Positions 13,201 through 27,117 of a DNA stretch of 42,702 bases are shown one piece after another; the stretch's first letter is position 1, and every line of letters begins with the position of its first letter. The notes under the pieces are model-generated. The model saw only the letters and a list, made by a program, of their open reading frames with translations. It did not search any database and was not told the origin of the DNA. Position numbers and translations under genes: made by a program. The DNA is from Geosiphon pyriformis uo1. Its lineage: Eukaryota > Fungi > Glomeromycota. The DNA lies in the NCBI GenBank assembly GCA_016748015.1, contig JAAOMT010000430.1, positions 1 to 42,702 of the forward strand. The letters run 5' to 3'.

Positions 13201-13856
13201 ATTTAAATTAAGTTCAAAAACACATATATCTAAAATTGAATAATTATGTGAATAAACTATTATTTTACTAAATAATAAAACATATTCAAAAACTAGTACA
13301 ATGTCTTATAATTTAATTAAAATTAAAAAAACCAAACTATAAATTTTAATATTTATATATACACTTAAATTCAAAAAAAGTTATTATTTTACAAATAATT
13401 TTTGAAAAATTTAAGTTTTTTAATTTAAAACTCTATTATATTTATTTAATATTTTATTACCAAAAGCTATTTTAAAGTATTTTAAAAACTAAATTATTTT
13501 ATAAAAAAAAAAATTCAGAATATTAAATATTAGAAAGTTATCAGTAATTTAAAATACATTAAATAAATTATTTACAAAAAAAATTTTACAATCTAAAAAA
13601 TTATTGATTAAACTAATTCTTAATTTAACAATAAATTATAATAAATTTTTTAGAAATAAATCAAAAATTTATAAGTTTAAAGACTAATAATTAAAAATAA
13701 TTAAAAATACTCTTAATATTAAAATAACAATTAATACTATTTTTTTTAGTTTGCAATTGTTCAAAAAATTTTAAATTAACAAAAAAAAATAATAAAAAGT
13801 TTTTTTAAAATTTTCAGATAAATTAATTTTTAATATCAAATTTTTTATTATTATAA
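10260..13856. other. Extremely G/C-depleted tract, probably terminally mutated transposon relic(s)
   Basis: Almost no G/C, not a simple repeat, no credible ORF; family not identifiable by eye. Confidence 0.5.
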
Positions 13857-14552
13857 TATTACAGATTAGAGTAACAAGCTAATAAATAGCAAAAAAAAAC
13901 AAGATTATAGAGTAATAGAAATAATTAAAAAGAAAATTATAATAAAAAAGTCAATTAAATGAGTAAAAATTTAATATATGTAATTAATCTTATAAAAATT
14001 ACAGTTGTAAATTTTTTTTGAGAATTTAAAAATAGAAGAATAGTTTGTAATTGTCAATAAGATAATACTGCTATTATTATTCTATGTCTTAACTTGGCAA
14101 TTTTTAGAATTAATAATAAATATTGTTGTGCTTTTTAATTATTTTTTTATTTAAAAAATTACAAAAACAAGTAATTGCTTCTTAGTTTAATTCTAATAAT
14201 ACAAATCAAAAAAATAAAATAAAATATGTGAATGCCAACCAGTAATTTTTTATTCCAAAATATTCAAATATTTAAAAATAGAAAAAAAAAAAAGTAATAT
14301 AAAAGAAAGTAATTGATAGTAGATTTTATTTTGTTACTTTGATTATGTTTTCTTACAGCTAAGAAACTCATTGTTTATATAACTATTAAAAGTGATTAAC
14401 AATTAAGTTAACAACTAAGTCAATAATTAGGTCAATAATTAAGTTATTAATTAAGTCAACAATTATTATTTAAAAATAAGATAGCTAATTATATAACATT
14501 AATGATTAATATATATAATAATTAATAAAAATTATGATTTTTAATCATAATA
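13857..14552 (-). repeat. 3' LTR of A1
   Basis: Decayed termini TATTAC...CATAATA; reverse-complement match to the A2 LTRs; adjoins the PPT-side sequence matching 27090-27128. Confidence 0.88.
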
Positions 14553-16884
14553 TCATTTTTTTTAAAGAGATTAAGTTTTGGTAAAATCAAGTTATTTATG
14601 AGATATTTTAACTAAAGATTTTTATTTAGCTCGAAATTAACTAGTTTGTTAAAATATTTTGTGAATAGAGTATATAATATTTGAAATAAAATAAGTTTTG
14701 TATCTAAAAGACCAAATCTTTATATAAAAGCTTTGGTTTTTTTTATAAAAATCAAAACTCTTGGAACATCTAATTATTTAATGCCCAAAATTTTTATCTG
14801 TATTTCTAAAGTTGTTTTTTTAAAAGTTTTATGTTTTTTATAATCTTACCAAATCGATTATAGAATTCTAGTTGTCTTTTATATAACAAGTTTTTGTTTG
14901 TAAACAAAATTTTTTAATTATTTTTCTAAGTATATTAGAAAGTAATAATATATTTGCTATTATGCTTTCAAGCATATATTTATCTATTTACTACCAATTC
15001 TTTTTTTTCTGGTAATGGTTTTTTTTAGTCTAATAACAATATGTGTTTTATTGTTATTAATTATAGTAGTCTGTTTTCTAATAATTAAGATAGTATTTAG
15101 ATAATTTTTAGTCCAATATTTATAAAGAGTATAAAAAGCATTTTAGATGTTTTTAATCTAGCAAATAATTGTTTATATTAATTAAAAATACATCTGTTTT
15201 GAGAATAATATATTTATTTATATTTGATTTTTGTTGATTATATGGACTGGTATTATTACAATAAATAACCAATCAGGTTATATGTAATATTTTTTAAGTT
15301 GTATACCATGAACAAAGCAATTATTAAAGATTGTTTTATATTAATTTTATAAGATATAAGAATTATTGTTTAAAATTTTGTTGACTATAAAAAGTTTTTT
15401 CTATTAATTAGAAAATTTATTACTATAAACATTATTTTTGTTTAACTAGTATTCTAAAACTAAGTCATTAATACTTAAAGAAAGTGTTTTATAAGTTTTT
15501 TTTCTTAAGCTTCTTTTAAAATTGTTTTATTTTTTCAAAAACAATTATCTATGCTTCTATCAATTAATCAAGAATAATATCAAATCTTTTTTGTAAAATA
15601 TCTTTGTAATTTTTTATTGTAATTTTTTCAAAGAATATTGTTTTAATGTTTGTTTCTATTGGTAAAATTGCTATTTATTTATAAAACAAATAAAAAAGTT
15701 CATAACTTGTTATGTTATAATTCATAGTTTTATAAGCAAACAATATTTTGTTTTATAGATTTGTTTTTTTACTGGTTTTGGTTAAAATTTTACATAATAT
15801 TCTATTGAAATATTCTGCTAAGCTATTTGTTTGAAAGTAATAAGAAAAAAAATCTTAAGATATATTCCTATTTTTTTACAAAGTTCTTCAACTAATATAC
15901 TAAAAAAACTCTTTTTTATTAAATAAAAGTTTTTTTAGACAGTTATAGTAACAAATAATATTTTTATAAATGAAATTGGCTATAAAAACTACTATTTGAT
16001 TTGAAATAGCTTTTGCTTTTATTTATTTTATAAGATAGTTGGTAGCTGTAATAATATATCTGTTGCCATTAGAAGTTATTGTTAAAAATTTAACAATATC
16101 TATATTAATTCTGTTAAATGTTTGGCCAATAAAGATTAGATAAATATTTTTTTTGTGATTACAGATTTTTTTTTTGGCAAATATCACAGGTTTTGATGTA
16201 ATTAATAATATTTTCTTTCATAATAAGCCAATAATAACAAAAAAATGTTTTCTAAATTGTTTTTGTTTTTTCAAAGTGTTTAGTTAATAGATTAATATAC
16301 ATATTATAAATTACAATTTCTTTTTTTTTAAATATAATGATTTTTTGAGAACAGTCAAGATTTTTTCTATTTTTTTTTGTAAAGTTGGTCCTAACAGATC
16401 AAATAAAAATTTAATTGTTTTTACAAATGTTTTTTTTGTTGTTGAGTATAGTCTGATAGGTATTGTTTTTTATTCAAAAATTTTGTTAAGACAAAGTAAT
16501 TGTCCAAATCTATTATTGTGTTTATTTAAAAAAAAGTTACTAATAATTAAATTGGTTTGATTTATGAAGATTGTACTATTATTGAATGGTATATTTAGAA
16601 TAAGCATTAGTATTTTGATAATTTGCTCCTTTATAATATTGTATATTATAGTTGAATTTATTTAAATAAAATATTTAGCAAGTTATTTGTTTGTGTTCTA
16701 GTTTTTTTATATATATAGCCAAATTAAAGCTTAATAATCTGTTATTATTAGAAATTTGGCATTAAAAAATATTTATTTCAGTAACTGGTAGTCTATACTA
16801 CTACTAAACATTTTTGTTTAGTAATTAAATAGTTTTTTTCTGTTGAGAAAAGTAATTTATTGGCATAAGTTATAACATGTTTTT

Positions 16885-18172
16885 TGTTATGATTACTGAA
16901 AATTTTTTGGTCTCTTTTTTTAATTGCTTTTAATATCTGTTTGCTGTGAATTCACGTTTTTTGGAAGTAATTGAATCTTTGATAACTAAATTTATTTTCA
17001 AATTATCTTCTATAAATTGAACTGCTGGGCTTATAGGTGGAATAACCAATTTTGTATTAGTTATTTTCTAGGAATTGTTTGTTTAAAAGCTTACTAAAAA
17101 TGTGTAGTTATTTTGCTGTAAAAGTCAACTCTTTTCCAGAAATTGCTTGTCTAGAAACTTATTAAAAATGTGTAGTTATTTTGCTGTAAAAGTCAACTCT
17201 TTTACAAGAAACTTGTTTGTAAATTATCTTAATAATTCTAATAAAAAAAGAAAAAGAAAAAAAATATATATAAAAGAATTAGAATTTTGTTAAGAGAATT
17301 GTTTTCTATCCAAACCTGAAGTCACTAACAAATTACTGAAATTGATAGCTAGTTAATTTCAAAATATTAGTTGGAATTCAAAGAATTTCAAGTATGATAA
17401 TCAAGGAATTTGTTTTTTGAAGTATTAATATTTTATTTATTTTTGTATTTGTAAAAATAATTCTAAGATAAGATTGATACTAAAGTTTGATTAATACATT
17501 TTTTTGAAGAGAAAAGCTCTTCTTTTATACAACTTATTGTGGTACTAGTCTATAAACTTGAATTTTTCTTTTTGCTATAATTTTAATAAATTAAAATACA
17601 TTTTTGACAAACTATTCATTACTTTGGTGAACTATTAATAATTTCGGCAAATTTCGGTGAATTTTGGTAAATTTTTGAATATTATATAGTTCGAGGTATT
17701 GTGTAATTTGATTATCCTCATTTCTATTGTACAAATCGGATTATTAATTAGATAATAATATTCGATAATTTGATTAATTTAATAATTGATCTTGAAATAA
17801 TATTAATATATGCTAATTAATAATAAAAATTAAAAGGTAATTTTATGCTAGTTAATGCCTAAAATTTCACTGAAAACATCATCTTTATTTTTCTGAAAAA
17901 AAACAGCACCAAGTTTAAAACCAAATGTATTAATATAAAAGATAAAAAGTTGATTCAGATCAGATTACATAAGAATAAATTCTATAGCTAATTTTTCATT
18001 TAAAGTTTCAAAAACTTTTTGCTAATATGTGCTTCAGTAATAATTGACAGTTTTTTTGAGTAGCTGATTGAGAGAAAAGGCGATTTTAGAAAAATTTTTG
18101 ACAAACTTTTAATAATAAGAGACCAAACCAAAAAAAAACATAGTTCATAAATATTTATTAATTATTTAATGT
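16885..18172. mobile_element. Unidentified ~1.3-kb insert C (LTR-like start) inside A1 RNase H
   Basis: A1 RNase H (KHVITYA) breaks at 16884; the insert begins TGTTATG, is non-coding with internal tandem repeats, and ends where the B1 LTR starts. Confidence 0.5.
17064..17220. repeat. 68-bp tandem repeat, about 2.3 units
   Basis: tgtgtagttattttgctgtaaaagtcaactctttt at 17101 and 17169. Confidence 0.92.
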
Positions 18173-20325
18173 TATTACAGATGATTATTTGGAGTGTTGG
18201 AACAAGTAACAAATCCATAACTTGGTACTCAATAACTGAAAATATTGGTAATTTCTGAAGGTTTTAGAGTCTAAAGATTTTAGTTAAGTCTTTTGTATAA
18301 TAAACAGAGATTCAATTGATAGTTTCTTTTGTGAATTTTTTTTTCAGTGAGATGACCAGTTTATTTTGACAGTTATGCCTTTCTGGTAAACTATCTTTAA
18401 GTTTTCTATTCTTGTTTGTTTTCAGGTTTTTTATTAGATTATTTTTAACATCAATTATTTAGTGCTTAATTTATTTTAATCAATTAATAAACAACAAAAT
18501 AAACAAAAGAAAATAAAATAAAAAAGAATACAAGAAAATAAAAAAAAATAAAAAAAAATTAGTATCTTGTCAATAGTTATGATTAAGAGTTATTGGTCTA
18601 ATGTAGTTAAGTATTGGATTTTATTAATATAGAGTGTTAATAATGTGAAAATAATTAATATTTTTTTAATCAAGTAATAATAATATAGATTGATAATAAT
18701 AAATAATTTTATTAATATGAAAATAATTTCATTTTAAGTTATAAAAAACTATTTTTTGAAGAAAAAATATGAAAAAAGTAGTTATTACTAACTATTGTTC
18801 TGTTCAAGTTTCTTTTTTTTGCTTTTAACACTCTTATTATATATACATAATTTGTATTATATGAGATTTTTTAAAATTTTTCAATTCTTTTAACAGGAAT
18901 TCTAAAATTATGGAATTCTAAAATCCTGTAATTTCTTAAGAAAAATTCTGGAATTCTGAAATTTTGAAATTCTATAATTTTTTAAAAAGAATCCTGGAAT
19001 TCTATTTTTTACTACACTTATTTTTGATTAGTTATTTTACTTACTATTATAACTTTTAATTTCCATGAGTAATATTATTTCCTTTTTTTAATATTGAGCT
19101 CTGTCAAGATTTTTTAAATTTCTTAAATTTTCTTTTTAAATTAACTTTATAATTTCTTTCTCAAAAATTACTTAAGCAATATTAATCTGTAATTTTTTAA
19201 ATTAGATATTGGTAATTTTTTTCAATTGGTTGATGGTTATTATGTTTTTTATTGAATATAGCAATATTTTTAAATAGTCTTGAAATCCTGTTTGTAATTA
19301 GTATTTTGTTTGTATCTGTGTAAATAGATTGTTTTTTTTCATAAATTATTTAAGTTGTTGTAATATTGTCATATTAAACATTTATTTTGTTTTATCCATA
19401 TATAAGTTCTGGATATTAAGCTTTGTTCTAAGTAATAATAGCAAAAGTTTCTTGGAAATTGTTGTGTTTACTATTTCCAATTTTCTTCTATTAATTTCTT
19501 ATATAATACTGTTGTCTTTGGTATTTTTATAAATATTTTACTTTTGTTATTATATTTTCTATTATATTTTTATGTCTTATATATACTCTATATTGTATCT
19601 TATATTGGAGTTTTGGTTTTTTTTTGTGTTTTTATATTGAATAATTTGTTGATTAATTGTGATTTTTATGTTCAGTTTTTGATGTTTAATCAATTGGAAT
19701 AGTTGTTGAACTAGTAAGTAAATATTGTCAGTAATTTTCATCTTTCTATTTGCTTTTGTTATGTGTATTAATTCTTTATATACTGTTTTTATAAATTATT
19801 TTAATATGTTTGTCTCAATAATTATAATTGATTCTAAATCTTGTGGAATCTTATCTGGTTGAACTAATATTCATTGTATTTTTAGTTGTGAAATATTACT
19901 GGTAAATAATAATACTATATTGTAATATAATTTTAGTCAATTTTTATGTACTGCTTTAACTAAAATTTTGTTGTTTTATCTTAATTTATAAGCTTTATTT
20001 CCTAGAATTTCTTTAATATAAAATAGTCTATCCCATTTAAAATCAAATTTTTTATTTTATTGTTTTTTTATTTTGGTACAATATAAGAGTACTTTGTTTT
20101 TAATTTTGAATTCGACTGGTTTATCTGATAATTGATTATTATGTTATTTTTTTGTTTTGTTTGTAACTTTTATATATTATTAGCTGCTTTTTACTTTTTG
20201 TTTTTTAAAGTTTTCATTAAGTTATATGTTTTTCTTAACAATGTTTTTTGGAAATTAGCTTTATTAGATATGTATTAATATTTATTTAACTAATAATGTT
20301 GCTGTTCTATTATAGCTTAGTTCAA
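18173..20325 (-). mobile_element. Truncated Ty3/gypsy B1 (3' LTR 18173-19074, extra 3' ORF, integrase C-terminus)
   Basis: Colinear homology with B2 33949-36065: tattacagatgattattt...atgagtaata termini, 9-bp ggaattcct-type repeats, aatattgagctctgtcaa next to the PPT, integrase KWD(G)P(F) region near 20030. Confidence 0.88.
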
Positions 20326-20391
20326 ATAAACTTATTATTGTAATAATTGAATTGATAAGACTTTAGTAAATAATATGAGTTTTTTTGATAG

Positions 20392-21082
20392 TATTATGAT
20401 TAAAATTCATAGTTTTTATTAATTATTACATGTATTAGTCACTAATATTATATAATTAGCCACCTTATTTTTAGATAATAATTATTAATTTAATCAATAA
20501 CCTGACTGTTGACTTGATTATTAACTTAATTATTAACTTGATTATTAACTATTTTTAATAGCTATATAAGTAATAAGTCTCTTAAATGTAAAAAATAATA
20601 TGTAGTAATTAATCAAGAATAAATAAAATAATAATTATTATTTCAATTTTTTTTCTATCACTTATTTTCTTTTTTTTTACCTTTAAGTATTTGAATATCT
20701 TATAATAAAAGATTACTTGTTGGCATTTATTTACTCTTTTTCTAACTTATATAATTGTAATATTTGAAAATTATTGAATAAAATATGATTGAAGAGCATA
20801 TTTAATACCTGATATTGAATTCTAAAAGCACTAATATAAGACATAGAATTATACTAGTGTATTATTATTTATTAACAGTACAGATTATTTTTTTATCTTC
20901 AAATTTTCCAGTTATTTTTTGAAAAAAATAGTGACTAAAATATTTTATGAGATTGATTTTATATATTGAATTCATACTCATTTAATTTGCTTCTTAAAGT
21001 TGAATTCCCTTTGATTAATTTTATCACCCTTCAATCTTGTTCTCTTTTGCTATCCATTAGCTTATTACTCCAATCCATAACA
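20392..21082 (+). repeat. 5' LTR of A2
   Basis: T(A)TTATG...CCATAACA termini (ancestral TGTTATGG...CCATAACA); aligns end to end with 27129-27829. Confidence 0.93.
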
Positions 21083-21088
21083 TAAAAG

Positions 21089-21101
21089 TAGTGCTTTCTG
21101 T
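21089..21101 (+). promoter_or_regulatory. Primer-binding site remnant (inferred TGGTGCTTTCTGT)
   Basis: tagtgctttctgt 6 nt after the LTR; same sequence in reverse complement in A1 (~30747-30759). Confidence 0.6.
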
Positions 21102-21249
21102 AAAATTGTTAAAATCCACTTATCTTTTTATTATATGGATAATTATTTATATCTGTTACAATAATTAAAAAAACATTTTATAATACACAACAGAAACAAC
21201 TTAGATTTTATTGCACTTAATTTTCTGCTTTTTTGCTTAATCTGTTTCT

Positions 21250-24200
21250 TTTTTAAAAACAATTCAGTAAACAATTCCAAGACTTTTGGAACTAGTTTCT
21301 GAATAAGCATTTAGTTGAAATCTATACAGTCTATACAACCTACTTTTTTGATCAAGTCTACTTTAAAAAACTCCTGAAAAAAGAAATAACAATATTAATC
21401 AACTCTTATACTCAACAACCTTTAAACAATAACCTTCTGATTTTGAATATCTGAATTACTAAATTCATATCTAAATTGCTGTCTATCAGTTAGCTAAAAC
21501 TTTTTTTAAAACAGAAAAAAAAAGTTATTAAACTATTTCTGTTTTTAATTTTTTTTCAAATGAATCAAACTATTTTATTTAAACAACTACTTCTGAACTA
21601 ATAGCTATTAATTTTATGCAAGCAAACATCCTGGCTGCTCTCCAAGGTATACAAACTGCTTTAAAATAAAAAAACAAAACTTCATTACTTTTATTTAGAG
21701 ATGATATATAAAATTCAATTAAATTGTTAAATAACTTTAAAAGAGCTACTACAGTCAACCAATATAATAATGAATACAAATTTTATATTATTGGTGGCTA
21801 TTTTAAAGTTTTCTTGCCATCTGGTTCTCGCAAAAAACTGATGCCAATATTCAGCAAAAAATTATTAGATTGACACCAGCAAATATTGGAGAAAACAATA
21901 CTTTTTTTACCACCCAGTTTGAAAATAAAAATCAGAATTTCAATTTTAATATTTAAGTAGCATATAGAATTAGAAAAAAAAAGTCAAGATTCTAATAAAG
22001 TTGTAACTAAATATACCAAAGCAATCAAAAAGCTTATCAAATGAGTAGACTCTGAAAAAACTAAACAGAAGAGCAAAAGATTTATTCTTTTACAAAAGAA
22101 TTAAAAACTGATCTTTTATATGTTTTTTGGCTTTTTTTGGCTTTAAAAAATAATCTTACTATGGATATGGCTATTAAACTTGCTTAAAAAATAGAAAACA
22201 ACCAAAAAATACACTTAAGATCTACTTTTTTAGTTTTTGCTTCTGCTCTTGTTATGGCTTCTGTTTCTTAAATAACTGTAACTTCTTTTTCTATTCAAAT
22301 TCAAAATCCAAACAAACAGTCAATAGATAGACTTACAGCCAATTTTGCTTGGTTACTAAAATCTTTAGCTTAAGCAGTTAAAAAAAATTAACAATCTTAA
22401 AAATCCAGATTTAAATCTCATTTTAATTAATCTTAGCAATTATCTTATCAAAAACAGCAAAATTATGGCTTACTTATATGTTATCACTGTGAATTAACTA
22501 GACATTTTTCTAGAGATTGCAACAATCTTTTATTATTTCTTCTAGTTTCTAAAAACAATAATACTCAAAACAATAGACTCAACAACAATAATACTTCCAA
22601 TTAAAGATCTAATTATGCCAACATCAATTTTTTTGGAGAGAATTTTTTAGTTAAAGCCATTGTTTATTAGTCTTTAAATTGATAAACATGTTTTCAAAGA
22701 GTAAAAGTGCAAGCCAACCAAAAAAAAACTTTTTTTATTCTTTTAATATAACTAATAATAATTATAATATAGATAAACTAGCAATCAACTCTTTTGATTT
22801 AACAAAAAAAAAAGCCTAAATTGATTTCGCTCTAAATTCTAATAAAGCTTCCATATCAACTACTAATAATAATGAGCCATTAAAAGCAAAAATCTTCAAA
22901 AATTCTCTAAAATTGAAATCTTTAAAGATAGTATAAAAATTTAGTCTCTATTTTATTGTTAAAAATTTCATAAAAATACCAGTTTACATTATTTTTGGCC
23001 AGTTAATGACCCATTTACAGTTCAGAAAAGATTTTTCAAATCCTTAATCTCAAAGAAAAAGACACCAAAAACCAACAAGCACTTTTATTAAGCTAAATTT
23101 GCTAACAATAGCAATGTCACTTCTTTAATTTGCAAAGCACAAGTGGCTGGTTACTTTATTAATTTGATTTTAGACAGTAAATTATCTATTAATTTATTGT
23201 CAAACATTTTCTTAAAGCAATTAACAGAAAAATTAATAAATTTTTCACTTAACTAATAACTAATATATATAATGACAAGAAAAAAGATCTAAGCATAGCC
23301 AAAACTGTTTCTGTTTGCATTAATGACATTAGTATTGAACCTAACATGAAGGTTTTTAAAGCTAAATAATACACTATTATTATTGGCAATAAATGGTTTA
23401 AAAAAGCAAAAGTCTTACTTAATTATGAACTCTATGAATTAACTATTAAATATAATAAGAAGTTTATTGTGGTTAAGTGTTGTTATTAAACAACTTTTTT
23501 AATATTTAAGCAAGATCCAGAAAAAAAACAATCAAATGAATTAAATAATAGAAAAAATAAAAAATAAAAAAATAAAAAAAAATAAAAAAAACTGCTGAAT
23601 TTACTTATGCTATTTTTACCAGCAATAGCAAGCCAATAGATAATATTAAAGCTAACAAAAAAAATTATTGTAAATAACAAGTTAATTTGTTGATCATATT
23701 ATAACATATTCAGAAGAATCTTTAACAAAAAGTCTGGCAAAAAAGCCAAATACAGTTATTAGTAATATAATTTTTGTGTTTAGTATTAGTGTAATAAACT
23801 ATTGTATTTTTCTAGTAATAAATGCAAATTTTGTCTAATCTATTACAAAGATTGGGATTCTATTAGCTTGATACCAAAAGAAAAGATAGAAAAAATGCAA
23901 AAGTCTTTTGAGAACAAACCACCAAAAATACAGTTATTAATAATAAAGCAAAAAAAACTCTTTTTAGAAAAAAAAAAAGATAAATATTGAAAAACTGTTG
24001 ACAAGAAACAGCCCAGTTATTTTAAAAGAAAATAATATTTCTGGATATATTTATGTAATACAACACACCATTGCCACCAGAAAAACTCATTTTATTTACC
24101 TGAAGTTTTATTAATCTAATTACTATAACAATAAATTTATTAAGAAAGAAATAAACTAGATAAAAAATTTTGAATTTATACAAAAAACCAAGAGCAAATA

Positions 24201-26640
24201 GACATTTTCAGTTGTAGTAATATCCAAAAAAGATGGAATTTTATGTTTTTGTGTTGATTACTGCCAATTAAATATTATTATTAAAAGAGATATATATTTA
24301 CTTCTCAAAATTAATGCAATATTAGACCAATTCACTGGTGCTGCTTTCTTTTTAATCATTGATTTAATTATTGAATTCTAACAAGTAGAAATGGATCTAA
24401 AAAGCAGAAAGAAAACTGTTTTTATTACTAAGTATAGCACATACGAATTTACAGTTATGCTTTTTGGTCTTACCAATACTTTTTCTATCTTTTAATGCTT
24501 AATAGACAAAATATTTGAATTAGTAAAAAAAAATTTTGTGCTAGTTTATTTAAACAACATAATAATATACTTAAAAACTTGGGATAAACATCTTGAATAT
24601 TTACAAAAGATATTTGATCTTTTTAGAAATGCTGGCCTTAAGATTAATTCTATCAAATCTTTTTTTAAACATCAATCCACCCAGTTTTTTGGTCATTTTA
24701 TTACAAAAAATAGAATTTTCCTTGATTCAGCCAAAGTTGAAAAAGTCCAGAACATTAAACAATTAATAAATGTTTATAAACTATGCTTTTTCCTTGGATT
24801 GGCTTTCTATTATCACAAATTCGTTAAGAATTTGTCCAAAATTGTCTTTTCTCTTAATTAACTACTCAAAAAAACTCTCAATTATTATTAGAGTATATAT
24901 TAACAAAAAGCATTTGAAACTTTAAAGAAAAAATTGGTTATAGAATCTATTCTTATACAACTTAATCTAGATCAATTTTTTATTCTCTATACCAATATAT
25001 TCAGCTATAAACTTGGTGCTGTTTTTTCACAAAAAAATAAAAATAGCAAGAAACATATTATAGCATAGTAAGTAGAACACTTTTACGAACAGAACAAAAC
25101 TATTTAGCTATTAAACAAAAATGTTTAATAGTAGTTTGGACTACTAGTTATTAAAATAAATATCTTTTTGGTGTAAAATTTCTAATATTAACAAATCATT
25201 AAGTCTTGGTTTGGTTATATAACAAAAAAAAACTGGAACACAAAAAAATAATTTGCTAAATATTTTACTTAGATGAATTTGACTATAATATTCAATATTA
25301 CAAAGAAGCAATTATCAAAACATTGGTGTTTTTTCCAGATTTACCATTCAGTAATAATACAATCTTCATAAACCAAACCAACTTAATTATTAGTAATTCT
25401 TTTTTAAACAAACATAATAATAAAGTTGGACAACTACTCTGTACTAATAAAATTTTTGGATAAAGAACAATACCTATTAAAATATAATTGACAGCAAAGA
25501 AAACATTTATGTAAACAATTAAATTTTTATTTAATTTATTAAAACTAGTTATATAAAAGAAACAAAAAAGATTTTAATTGTTTTTAGAGAGTTATTAGAT
25601 TTAAAAAAAGAGAATTTGTAATATATAATATATATACTAATCTATTAGTTAAACACTTTAGAAAAACAAAAACAATTTAGAAAATTTTAATTTGCTATTA
25701 TTGATCTATTTTGGAAAAAAATATTGCTAAACATATTAAAACCTATAATATCTGCCAAAAAAAAATCCTCCAATAACAAAAAAGATATCTATCCAATCTC
25801 TGTTAGTCAACTATTTAACAGAATTAGTATAAATATTGTTAGATTTTTAATCATAACTCTTAATCTCAACAAATATATTATCATAGCTACCAATTATTTT
25901 ATAAAGTAAGTAGAAGCAAGAGCTACTTTAAACTAAACAACAATCTCAATAGCCAATTTTATTTATGAAAATATAATTTATTACTATAGCTGCTTCAAAG
26001 AATTTTTATTTGATAGAAAAAGAGCTTTTTATAGTATACTGGTTAAAAAACTTTGTAGAAAAATAGAAATATGTCATAAACTCTTTTTTTTTTATCATTT
26101 TCAAACAAATAGCCTAGTAAAATATTTTAATAAAACATTATATAAAACATTAGTTAAAACCAGTAAAAAAATAAATTTATAAGACAAAGTACTGTTTTCA
26201 GTCTTGTTTGTTTATAGAATTGTAAATTATGACATAACAAGTTATAAATCTTTTTATCTGCTCTATAGACAAATAACAACTCTATTAATAGAAATTGACA
26301 TTAAAACAATATCTTTTGAAGAAATCACAATAAGAAATTACAAAAACATTTTGCAAAAAAGACTTAATACTATTCTTGATTTTTTGGTAAAAGCACAAAT
26401 AATTGTTTTTGAAAAAATAAAACAGTTCCAAGAAAAGCTTAAAAAAAAATTTATAAAACATTTTTCTTATGTATTAGTAACTTAGTTTTAGAATATTATT
26501 CAAACAAAAACAATGTCTATAGTAATAAGCTTTTTAGCCAGTAAAAAAAACATTTTTAGTCAACAAAAATTTAAACAACTGTTTATATATTTTACAAAAT
26601 TAAAATAAAACAATTTTTAATAATTACTCTATTTATAATA
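21250..26640 (+). pseudogene. gag-pol of A2 (many stops)
   Basis: CYHCELTRHFSRDC zinc knuckle 22479-22520; protease LILDSK (DSG) at 23173; RT FCVDY ~24247 and VYLNN (YLDD) 24547-24558; RNase H ~24980-25300; integrase core ~25800-26250. Confidence 0.88.
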
Positions 26641-27117
26641 TATAACTTAACAAATATTACAAATAACCTGATTGGTAATCTGTTGTGATAATACTAACCC
26701 AAATAATTAACAAAAATTAGATATAATAAATGTATTATTCCCAAAACAAAGATATTTTTAATTAATATAAACAATTATATTCTGGATTAAAACATTTAAA
26801 ACATTTTCTATACTCTTTATAAGTATTGGATCAAAAATTATCCAAATGCTACTTTAATCATTGGAAAACAAACCACTATAATTGATAACAATAAGACTTA
26901 TACTGTTATCAGATCCAAGAAAATCACTATTAGAAAAAAAAAATTGACAACAAATTAGATAAGTGTCTCCTAGAAAGTATAACAGCAGTAATATTCTTAT
27001 TTTCCAATATAATTGAAAAAACAATTCAAGAAATCTTGTCTATAGACAAAAACTTATCATATAAAAAACAACTAGAACTTTATAGTTGTCTTAATTTTGC
27101 CAGAGCTTAATCTTTTT

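Noticed and set aside
10260-13856. Mitochondrial/organellar insertion or AT-rich endosymbiont DNA
   Set aside because: No tRNA, rRNA or conserved genes recognisable; TAA stops throughout, so an alternative genetic code would not help.
17064-17220. CRISPR-like repeat-spacer pattern
   Set aside because: The supposed spacers are homologous to each other, so it is a plain tandem repeat; eukaryotic context and no cas genes.
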